Positions 26,428 to 36,619 of a stretch of DNA of 64,000 nucleotides are shown here, piece by piece. Numbering within the stretch: position 1 is the first letter of the stretch; each line of letters begins with the position of its first letter. The stretch is taken from NCBI RefSeq assembly GCF_009834535.1, contig NC_045697.1:77254001-77318000 (forward strand), given 5' to 3'. The translations under genes and the position numbers were made by a program. The DNA comes from Camelus ferus (lineage: Eukaryota). Below the pieces are notes generated by a model. It had not been told where the DNA came from, searched no databases, and saw only the letters and a program-made list of their open reading frames with translations.

Positions 26428-26505
26428 GCTACAGAAGCCCTGAGACGGGTGCGCCACTCTCTCTATTTGCAGATGCCAGTAGAGGAACTCAATGAAAAGA
26501 AGTGA
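26428..26505 (+). CDS. MCUB: MCUB terminal coding exon 8, ATEALRRVRHSLYLQMPVEELNEKK*
   Basis: Acceptor ggacag|, stop TGA at 26503-26505, AATAAA at 26621. Confidence 0.92.
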   Translation, partial: ATEALRRVRHSLYLQMPVEELNEKK

Positions 26506-26620
26506 TCTTCCATTTTTAAATGTCAGTGAATTTTTGCATTGTGTTCATTTGCAACTTAGAAACTGGAACTTTCTGAGTCCTGTAGTTCATGTGAATTTGA
26601 CTATTTCAGTCTCTTTTGTT

Positions 26621-26626
26621 AATAAA
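26621..26626 (+). terminator. Proximal poly(A) signal AATAAA for MCUB
   Basis: AATAAA about 115 nt after the stop, followed by T/GT-rich sequence. Confidence 0.55.
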
Positions 26627-28029
26627 AAAAAATGCCTGCAAAACACAGGTATTCTTTAATGTTCTCATTTGAGATTTTTGGTTTGTGGATTTTCATGGCT
26701 CATTGAGGTTGCTGCCAGAAGGAGCTTGGACGCGTCCATCAAAATTGAAGCATCTGCTGCTGCAGTTCAGCACGTGAGTTAAGGTTCCTCGTAAGTGTCC
26801 TGTGTTCGTTCATTCCCATGCAGAGGTGAAGTGTCAGTGTGCCTGGCTTCACTTTGATTCTTAGGCTTCATTTAAAATCATCTTGCCATTACTTTTTAAA
26901 TTCGTAGTTGAAAATTTTTATCATTAAATATAGCTAAGATTATTATAAATTGTCACTTGAAATCATTTGTAGTCATTTGCTCTTATAGGTAGAACCATGG
27001 AGATGGCAACGCCTGAGAGTAGGGGGTTAAAGGACAGGTAAAATGTTCAACTGACGTGAAGTCCCTGTTATGACACAAAAAGAGGCATAAATGTCCCACT
27101 GACCTTAGCATAGAGTTGGCACATGTTTTGAACTGCAACTGAAACGACATAGGCAAACTGCTTCTGAGCTAGCAACCCTCAAGTTTGCTATAAGAGCCTG
27201 AACATAACCATCTTCAGTCTCCAGTAGGTTATTAACGGGCTACTCAAATTTTATATATCATATTAGTAAGAACTGAATCTTAAAAGTAATATCTATTATT
27301 CCATTAACATAACAGTCCGCATGTGAGACTGCTGGACAGTGTATAGTAACTTAACACAGAAGGTACTGACAGAATCACTCTGCAAGTGTAGCCTCTACTA
27401 AGAAGTCACTATGTTTTATGTTTTCTATTTCCTTCTCAGAATGCCGTATCTATGCATGAAATACCACTTTTTGTACAAGACTATAATGCTCACTTTGAAA
27501 AAAATGAACTGTTGTTTTTTTTTTAAATGTGAGTGTTCAAGTCCTATACAAAAAGTGGTAACTCATATGTAGATTTACATGACCAAGTAAAACAAGTCAT
27601 CTATAAATTACACAAATAAGAATGTGAATTAGAAAAATTTAATAAAACATGAATTTCAAATATTAAAGAAAAACTAATACTTAGGATTCAAAAACCCTTA
27701 AAAAGATTAAAAAGTTTCATGTAAAAAAGTCACAAAATAAAAGTTAAATCAGCCAGATATTATGAGTAACCTTCCAATTTACTATAAAAGTCAAGTATTA
27801 GAAATGCTAATGTATTTTTAACTTACAGAAATTCCCTGAGGATTTCATTACTACATATCAAACCCCTTCACCATGTCCAATATGAACTATTTTTTTTAAA
27901 GTTCTCTCATTAAAGCTTAAAACATTTTAAATTGCTATACCATAAACTTCAACCTGGGGATACTTCTTTTTTATAAAAAGAAGGGAAAATCTACTTTGAA
28001 TACAGATACATAAAACAAAACAGCACCTA

Positions 28030-28268
28030 TTATTTAGATTTTGGAAAGAAATGCAGCTTCTTAGTTAGCATTGAGGCAAAGCAGGGAACCTGCTTCTTTC
28101 CAATTGCATTTGGGTCTTTACAAAAGTCTACTCGGCGCTGAGAAACTTTCCTATTCACCAGTGTGAGGAGTTCTGTGAACTCTAAGGAGGAGCCAAATTT
28201 TCCCAGCATCTCACACAAATCTTGAATGTACCATGAGCCGTTCACAGTTTCCCGATGAGAATAATAAC
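28030..28268 (-). CDS. CASP6: CASP6 exon 7 coding part, [19 protein letters not shown]...LHFFPKSK*
   Basis: Acceptor tttttag|, stop TAA at 28032-28030. Small-subunit GSWYI motif. Confidence 0.97.
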
Positions 28269-28910
28269 CTAAAAAAGATAGGAGAGGCCACTGAAGTTTT
28301 CTGGTTTTCAGTTACTGGGACTGAAAAACACCTTTAAAATGTCTAAGTTCTCAAAAATCCTTGGAGAAGACTAAGATGTATCCAAGACATAGTTTAAAAT
28401 TTTTTCTGTTGACTGTTCTCAATTGGGAAAAAGATTAATTCCATATGGTTCTATGAAAATGGGGCTAATGCTATGTAATTTCCTAAAAATTCCCAAGATA
28501 ATATTAGCTAGGCAATGATTTTTGAGACTAGAAAAAAGAAAAACATAAAATTATTTAATGCAAGAGCAGAGAACAACTGTTAAAATATTTTTCAACAGCG
28601 TTTTCCATGACTGTTACCACAATAACAGTATCACCATCAGTCATGAATATCTTCTGTGGATACTATTCAATGTAATTCGCTTTGTAGCTTTATTTAACAT
28701 AGTTCTCAGGAAGGATTTTTCTACAAGGTGTTGTACTTTTAAATATCACTCTGATCACCTGGTACAAGGAAATCCATTTTAAGCCTGAGAGCGTCACGAC
28801 AAAATCACATGTCCCAACAGGAAAGACCTCACCTAAATCAAGCCAAGGTGAAACTTACAGGAACTGAGCCAAGAAAGCCAACTGTAGGTTTGTATTAAAC
28901 ACCCACACAC

Positions 28911-29070
28911 CTTCTGCCACCGAGTAGCACATGAGGAAGTCAGCTCCGGCAGGCAGCGTGTACACCGAGGCCGCATCCACCTGGGTTACGTTGGCATCTG
29001 GCACGTCTGTCTGATGATCCACGACGTCCAAAGGAATGACGGGCACATCGTGCTGGTTTCCCCGACACGC
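28911..29070 (-). CDS. CASP6: CASP6 exon 6 (160 nt), [10 protein letters not shown]...[25 protein letters not shown]
   Basis: Acceptor tcgcag|, donor AAG|gtgtg. Contains the catalytic Cys of QACRG. Confidence 0.97.
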
Positions 29071-29614
29071 CTGCGAGACAGGAGCACAATCCCCTCCTTC
29101 ACGTATCTGCTCCTCCCAGTGCTTCACGCTGGTGCGCCGTCAGAGCTACGTCAACAAGCTGTTCCACAGGCACTTCTAAAGCAATCCATTCAGGCTGAGA
29201 GCAGACCAAAGCTGACAGGTTTTTTTTCCTACTTATGTTTTTTTTTATAGTTAATGCTTAAAAAATTAGCATTCTCAACTATACACCAAACTGTGTTGAT
29301 TGAAAGGAACACTGTAGAGGGCAAAGCATCTGTGGTTTTAAAATTCCTTACGGATTACCCACACCCTAGCACCAAGAGTCACCCTTTCTTTTAAAGGCTT
29401 ATATATAGTATTTGTTTGTTTCTATTTAATCAGGTAATATATTCCCAGACTGGGTTTTGCTTGCCAGGCTGCTGCCATAAATTGTTAAGGGTGAAAATGA
29501 TACCACGTGATGTGCCTTCTGCCTTTTGTTCCTATTTTAAAGTGAGGGCTCAAATCTTTACCCACTATTCTGACTCACACAAGGCTGACATTAATTTCGA
29601 CTCTTAAATTACTA

Positions 29615-30490
29615 TTATGGGCTGAATTTTTTCTCCTCCCCACCGGGCTCCAATTTATATATTTAAGTCCTAACCCCTAGTATCTCAAATGTGACTATAT
29701 TTGGAGATACGGCCTTTAAAAAGGTAATTAAGGCAAAATGAGGTCATATTGGTGGACCCCAAACCAGTATGACTGGTGTCCTTATAAAAGGAGACCAGGA
29801 CACTGACACTCACAGAGGAAAGACCATATGAAGACACAATGGACAAGAAGCCACCAGCCACCTCCCAGCCAAGGAGAGAGGCCTCAGAAGACTTCAACCC
29901 TGCTGACACCTTGATCTCAGACTTCTAACCTCCAAAACTGCAAGAAAATTAATTTCTGTTGTTTAAGCCACCTAGTCTGTACACAGACCTCAGAGATACT
30001 GCAGGTATGGTTCCAGACCACCGCAACAAAGTGAATATCGAAATAAAGCAAGTCTCATGAATTTTTTGGTTTCCCAGTGCCTATAAAAGTTATGTTTCCA
30101 CTACAGTGTAGTCTGTTAAGTGTGCAATATCATTATGTCTAAAAACAGTACAGACTTTAATTAAAAAATTAAAGACTTTACTGCTAAAAAATGCTAACCA
30201 TCACCTAAGCCTTAAGCTAGTCATATAATTTTTGCAATAGTAATGTGAAAATCACTGATCACAGATCATCATAACAAATATAATAACGAGAAAGTTTGAA
30301 ATATCATGAAAATTACCAACATGTGAGAGACACGAAGTGAGCAAATGCTGTTGGAAAAGTGGTGCTGACAGACTTGCTTGATGCATGGTTGCCACAAACC
30401 TTGCGGAAAAAAATGCAATTATCTGCAAAGTGCAATGAAGTGACATATGCCTGTACTTTGTTCTGGCAGCCTTAGTACACGTAATATAGC
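29615..30490 (+). mobile_element. MLT1-type (ERVL-MaLR) solo LTR interrupted by a Tigger1-derived element
   Basis: gtgactatatttggagatacggcctttaaa...accttgatctcagacttc...gtttaagccacctagtctg, resuming as ctttgttctggcagcc after 30455. Confidence 0.8.
29982..30453. mobile_element. Internally deleted Tigger1-derived DNA transposon
   Basis: acctcagagatactgcaggtatggttccagaccaccgcaac...tatgcctg, flanked by TA at 29980-29981 and 30454-30455. Confidence 0.8.
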
Positions 30491-31970
30491 GACCTAACAA
30501 GGTTCTGCTGTCGTATTTACTGTAAGTGCATCCAGCAATTCTGAAATGGTTAAGGAATCGTATGCTGTAAAAGAAAGCTCTGATGGATTTCAGTTATCAG
30601 ATAAATAGAAGATCCCTAATAACTTATTTTTACAGGGAGATTTTTATCTTATTATCAGGCTCATTTTCAGACCTTATTTTCTACTATCTTCAGCAACATG
30701 TGGGACGCTTGGACTGCGATGCCATCATCTGACACATCAACAGCAGTGACAGTAAGAGCCAGCCTTTCCTGGGGGCGTGCCACGGGCCAGGCACTGCTGG
30801 GAGTGCTCTTCATTTGTCAGGCCAGGTCTATTTATCCTCACAACCACCCTGTCAGGCAGTGCTATTTTACCCGTTTCACAGATGAAGAATCTGAGCCACA
30901 GAGAAATAAAATAACTCAGCAAAACATTTCGCTCCTTTGTGGCCCACTGGTTATTTCCAGTTATCTTGCGTGACAGTGCTGGCCACTCCCATTTCCATGA
31001 AGCAGTCACTTGTCATTCTTGGTGATTTTTCTCCTACTTCTCTGAGGGGCCACCCTCCTCAGTATCTTTCCTCTGCTCATTCTGCACTGGTGGCCCTCAG
31101 CTCCATTTTACACTCATTTTTCAGGCTATACTTGACAAGGGGAAACTCATCTACTCCTGTGGTTGCCAGTACCATCCATCCGTCTCATTACTACCAAATT
31201 TGTTTCTCCAACCCTGGCTGCCTCTCTTAGGTCTAGGCCTGTATCTCCAACGACATGTCCCACAGACCCAAATGCAGCTGTCCAAACACAAAAGCTGGAA
31301 ATCACCCTTAACCTCTTTTCTTAAAGTGCCCCCTACCCCATCCCCCTCAAGGTCTGGCAGGGTGTGGCATGGGGTTGTGTCCTCTGTGCTGTTCATGGAA
31401 ATATAGGACTGCAGCACTGGAGCATCGAGAATTCTCTTTTTTGTTCAAAATCCTTATTGAGGTACCAGATGATGTTATTCAGGCCCCCAAATATTTTTAT
31501 CCTTAACAGCAGTTTGGTGGGGGGGGGCAGCATCTTGGTTTAAGGGAAAATATGAAAGGATGAAACAAGCTAGGACTGGAAGTCTTTACACCTGCATTCT
31601 TCCCACTGACTGCCATGCTCTCCAGCCCCCAGAACCAAACCTGGTCCCAACAGGCGCCCTTGCATTCACTCCTCCATCAGCAGATACCTCCTTTCGCGGC
31701 TCTGCCCTGACTGGGCTGGGCCAGGGAGTAGCACATTCAGAACTGTGAGTCATTTCTAATGTCAATCCAAGTAATAAAGATACTGGGAACCTTTTTATGT
31801 AAAGAAAGAATTACTACTAACAGCTCAAATTGCAACTCTGATTGTTCTGGATTCAAAAAGGGCCTTTCCACTTACTGGAGACAATTACTTCTGAAATTGG
31901 CTTTAGTTCTTTCTAATCACACACACAACCATGAACTTTATAGTTAAGACTATAACATAATCAGTCTTAC

Positions 31971-32146
31971 CTGAATGATAAATATCTTGGGTTTTCCAAC
32001 CAGGCTCTGACACCTGTCTCCTTTGAACAAGCCAGTCAACGTCTGAATTTCAATTTTGGCATCATATGCGTAGATGTGGTTGCCTTCACCGTGACTCAGG
32101 AAAACACACAAAAAGCAATCGGCATCTACATGGCTAGTAGTTGATG
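31971..32146 (-). CDS. CASP6: CASP6 exon 5 (176 nt), includes catalytic His (FLSHGEG) through KPKIFIIQ
   Basis: Acceptor tttatag|, donor CAG|gtaag. Overlaps ORF 31950..32162. Confidence 0.97.
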
Positions 32147-32729
32147 CTATAAAGGCGCCCAAAAGTTATTTAGAAATGATAATAAGGTGCTTATTATCTA
32201 CACATAAAAATTCAGTTTACTAATACTAAAGTTGCATATATATGACTGAAGGAGGGGGAAATTTTGTTATAAATATAAAATGAAATGAAATATAACTTAT
32301 TTTAGTATTTGATCAAGCAATAATCTATACCATACTGTATCTGATTTTTTAAAAATCTAAATGATTAAAGTTCAAAGTAACAGAGTGAACAGATTTTGTT
32401 AGCTTTTCCAAAACACAGAACAATGATATGAAAAACCTAAACGGATTATAATGGGGAACCCCCTTCAAGATCCACATCATTTTGGCAATACAAGTTCCTC
32501 TAAATCAGCAGAGAGTGTCTTAAAGCAGTCTGGGAAGACCCAGAAACTACTACTAATGCCTCCCTATGTGTCGCTGCACCTCCAAGGAGCGCAGCACCTT
32601 CACTGTGTGTCCTCAGCGCTTAGAGTGTCCAAAAGAGTGTTGAGACAGGAGACATGTCCTCCAAAGCTTAGGAGCAAGGGAAGTAAAAACCTGCTAAGCA
32701 ACCAGTTGAAATGATCTAGAGATTAAAGA

Positions 32730-33440
32730 AAAACTGATATGAGGTTCGTCAAAAAACTAAAAATAGAGCTACTACATCCAGCAGTTCCCCTTCGGGTGTT
32801 TATCTGAGGACAACTAATTTGAAAAGATACAGGCGCCCATTTATTTGAAACATTAATTTTAAAAGATACAGGCACCCATCTATTCACTGCAGCATTATTA
32901 CAACAGGCAAGATATGGAAACAACCTAAATGTCCATTGATAGATGAATGGATAAAGAAAATGTGGTGTGTACATATATAATGGATTACCATTCAGCCATA
33001 AATAAACCTTGCCATTTACGACAACATGGATAGACCCTGAGGGCATTAAGCTAAGTGAAATAAGTCAGAGAAAGACAAACACTATATGATCTCATTATAT
33101 GTGGAATCTAAAAACCGGCAAACAAAAGCAAGCTCAAAAACGCAGAGAACAGATTGGTGGCTGCTGGGGCAAGAGATGGGGGTTGAAAGGTATAAACCTC
33201 CAGTTATAAAATAAGTCATGGGGACATAATGTACACAGCACGATGACTGCAGTTAGTAAGTACTATACTGCATATTTGAAAGTTGCTAAGAAAGTAAATC
33301 TTCAAAGTCCTCATCACAAGAAAAGTTTCTGCAATTATGTATGGTGATAAGTGTTAACTAGACTTACTGTGGTGATCATTTCCCAATGTATACTAATACC
33401 AATCATTATGTTGTACATCTGAAACTATTGTTACATGAAA
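32730..33440 (+). mobile_element. L1 3' end (ORF2 end plus 3'UTR)
   Basis: aaactaaaaatagagctac...caacctaaatgtccattgatagatgaatggataaag...tgtggtgatcatttc. Confidence 0.85.
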
Positions 33441-33593
33441 AGATCATTTCATTCATTTCTAGAGCAGCAGTCTGTAACTAGTGGCATACAGACTAACTTT
33501 GGAGGCATAATACTTTGCAAGGGTCTCTGAGAGGCACAGAGGAAGGGCTCAGCTGTCTTGGAAATTTTAACATGTCAAATGCAGACATTTTCA

Positions 33594-33594
33594 T

Positions 33595-33632
<38 letters not shown>
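33594..33632 (+). repeat. (TA)n(CA)n compound microsatellite
   Basis: Read directly from the sequence. Confidence 0.9.
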
Positions 33633-33946
33633 TTTGGACTCTGTTCTAATTGACCCTACTCTTATACTCATTCAACTCCCCTCATTCCTCCTTATGGAAC
33701 TTAGTGTTCTTTGTGTCAAGGACCATGTCTTGGTGGTTTTTGTTTCCAAGTGCTTAATAAACAGCCTGGCCTATAAACATGTGGGTAACATAATCAGAGA
33801 AGCACAATCAAAACCTATAACCCATGCTAAATTAACTGACAAGACTTTCTTACAACACAATTAATTATTTGGACCTGTCTTTACACATAGGATAATTAAA
33901 AACTACTCAATCCCATCATAGGAAGATAAATAGGAAACATACTTAC

Positions 33947-34023
33947 CCTCATGAATTTTGAGCAGTAGTTCTTCTGCTTTAAGATCGTTAAAGCATTTCA
34001 CTTCAAATCCTAGATCTGAAAAC
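33947..34023 (-). CDS. CASP6: CASP6 exon 4 (77 nt), [25 protein letters not shown]
   Basis: Acceptor caccag|, donor AGG|gtaagt. Confidence 0.96.
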
Positions 34024-34439
34024 CTGGTGACAAACTGGATATTAGCTTATGAGCTATTCAAAGCTATCACAATACCCCTACTTAATTTGAGGAATCTACA
34101 CTTTTTTTATGATATATAAATTGACCTTTAGGGGAAAAGAAAGAAATCAAATATGCCAACAGTTTTCCTTGATCACCCACAGTAGGAAGGGATTTATTCA
34201 TAACTGATTTAAGTTAGAATACTGTCATCTACTCTATAGACACATTTATAACAATGAAAAGACTTAACATTTAATAGAACAAGATTAGGCAGAAAATTCA
34301 GGCAAGTTCTTGAGGGAGGCCCAAGTGAGGTCCATCCTCAAATGCTCCTGCTGTTATTTCATCGGTGCGGACAAGTTTTGATAAGTAGTTATCACTTAAT
34401 AAATCTCCCCAGCTTGATGTGCAGAGAAAGCTGTGCTAC

Positions 34440-34586
34440 CTGCGCTGAAGATTGTCTCTGTCGGCGCTAGTGCCCCTCCTGTCCGGCAGCGTCAGGTGCC
34501 AGAAGAACCTCTCATGATTGAAGATTAAAGCAACTCCTCTCCTCTTGTGGTCCATTTTGTACTTTTCTGCTGGATCAAACATTTCT
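34440..34586 (-). CDS. CASP6: CASP6 exon 3 (147 nt), [48 protein letters not shown]
   Basis: Acceptor aaacag|, donor CAG|gtagc; translated manually. Confidence 0.96.
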
Positions 34587-35091
34587 CTGTTTATGAAAAT
34601 TAAAAAAAAAAAACGATCACTCTAAGTCACTAAATAATGAGCTCCTCCAAACCCAAGGTCAAGGTGTGGAGCGGAGAGAGGTCCGCTGCTTCCGCCTCCT
34701 CTGCCAGGCGGACACACCGCCGGCAGGGCCCGGGAAAGCCTCACTGCCAACCAGTAAGGAAAGTCCGGAAATACCTCGGTACCAGCTGGTGAGCAGCAGC
34801 AGTGCTGGGCGCTCCTCTCCAGTCCCTCTGCCTGGTGTCTTTCCTCCAGGTCTCCAGGATCCAGCAACCAAGGACGTCAGCCCCACCCAGGCCCCAGCCC
34901 TAGCTCCCGGGCCCAGGCCTGGCTGATTATCAGTCTAGTTCCCTTCACAACCAGGGCAGCACATCTACAAAGCGATTCTCCCATTCCGAACACCTGATCT
35001 AGCTCCCAGGTCCCTTTCTTGCTTTAACTGCTGTAGGCTGATCATGACCACCAAAGGAAAAGACCTTTATTGGAAAAGAGCATATTTTTAC

Positions 35092-35134
35092 CTCTTAGGG
35101 AAGGCATCTGTTTCTGTCATGTTTTGTTCTTCAC
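35092..35134 (-). CDS. CASP6: CASP6 exon 2 (43 nt), EEQNMTETDAFPK
   Basis: Acceptor tttaaacag|, donor GAG|gtaaa. Contains the TETD cleavage site. Confidence 0.94.
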
Positions 35135-35759
35135 CTGTTTAAAAAAAAAAAGTTGGTGTTTATTAATTAACTTAGTTTTTGACTCATGGTTTTAAAACAT
35201 GTTAGGAATTCCCAGCCACCTTGACTCCCATACCCTTTCTGTTTTGGTTAGTTTAAAGGTCAAAGTTTGTGAGAAGAGGTAAGGAAGAAGGAATATTAAT
35301 AAATTAATTAACCATAAATTAACAGCTCAATTCTTTCTCATTCCTAATTCTTACCTGCAAAATAGCAAAGTACATTATAAAGAGAAATGGAGAAATTATT
35401 GAAATACATTCATTGCAAAATACACCTAGAGTAACAAACATAGCTGTGTGATCACAGAGGGCAAATGAAATATGAAATTGCTTCATTTTGTAGAAAACGC
35501 TTTTGCAAATATTGAGAGAAGGAATTAAAGAGGAGAACTGAACACAGTATGTAGTTATTACTGGAATACGCAGCTGCCTGGCAGAGGTGGACATTTGATG
35601 GAGGAAGGGAAGGGGCAAAGTTTCAGATTTTCATCTCATGAATGACATGTGCACTCATGACCCTTTAAGGGGACCCTCTGCTCCCAACCTGCAATCAGAT
35701 TTCCTCACCCCCAAGTCAGCCTCTCACTGAATTGAATCCCTCTCTACTTCCTGGAACAA

Positions 35760-35995
35760 TACTGTGCAACAGAACTTTCTGGAATGACAGAATTCCCTAT
35801 ACCAGAGCCACTGGCCACATGTGGTCTTGAGCACTTGAAATGTGGCTAGTACAACTTGGGAACTGAATTTTTAATTTATTTCTATTTCAATTTAAATAAC
35901 CACATGTGTCACAACTTTGTAAACTGACTATAACTCAATAAAAAAATAATAAATAAATAACCACATGTGGCTATTGGCTTCAGTACTGGACACCA
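35760..35995. mobile_element. MER3/MER33-like MITE carrying a ~45-bp L1 tail insertion
   Basis: ccactggccacatgtggtcttgagcacttgaaatgtggctagt; insert 35909-35953 flanked by a 16-bp TSD. Confidence 0.75.
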
Positions 35996-36619
35996 CAATG
36001 AATCTAGCATCTTCTACAATGAGGGCCCATATGCTCTTGAATATGGTTTTACCTGATAAACTTCACAGCTTAGAGGGGAGGGGAGAGAAGATAATGAATA
36101 AACAGAAATATTCAGAGTACAGCAAGATGCACCTCTCACTTGAGGTCTTTGAAGGGAGCACGATGGACCCCAAGGGTGGACTCCTACCCATCGTCTCTGA
36201 GCCAAGGGGCCGTATTCTCTCTTCTTGGAGTCTTCCTCACACCTGATTGTTTGAACCTCACGTCTCCTCACTGGCAAAAATCCACCCAGGGAGGGAGGGT
36301 GAGATGAGATGGGGAGTTCAACCAAGTGCCCTTTACCAGTCACTCTCAGCCTGTTCCCCCTGAAATCCACCCAGCATTCAGACCCAGCCAAGACCCCACA
36401 AAGGCATTCCGCTCCTCCTGTCCAATGGGCCCCCATCAGTTTTTCTTAACCTTTTGCATCAATTCCTGGACTGGACAATAAAATGCAGATTCCTCGATCC
36501 TAACCCAGACTTACAGAACCAGAATCCTGGGAGAGGTGGCAATCTGCATTTTTAACTAGGTGATTTTTACTCACACCCAAGACGAAGAGTCAAAGGCAGC
36601 ATCTCTAATGCATCTTCCA

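Larger units (their letters stand above)
8376..26505 (+). other. MCUB: MCUB/CCDC109B gene, 5'-partial coding span: join(8376-8451,8944-9114,13529-13633,22645-22805,24072-24275,24856-24972,26428-26505)
   Basis: Seven GT-AG exons splice into one open frame (ILCVKLCGNLKYY...[10 protein letters not shown]...EELNEKK*) recognisable as the mitochondrial calcium uniporter dominant-negative subunit beta. Exon 1 is not in the window. Confidence 0.96.

Noticed and set aside
28975..28990. TQVD instead of human TEVD at the CASP6 intersubunit cleavage site
   Set aside because: P1 Asp is retained, and I recall TQVD in other mammals such as mouse; not unusual.
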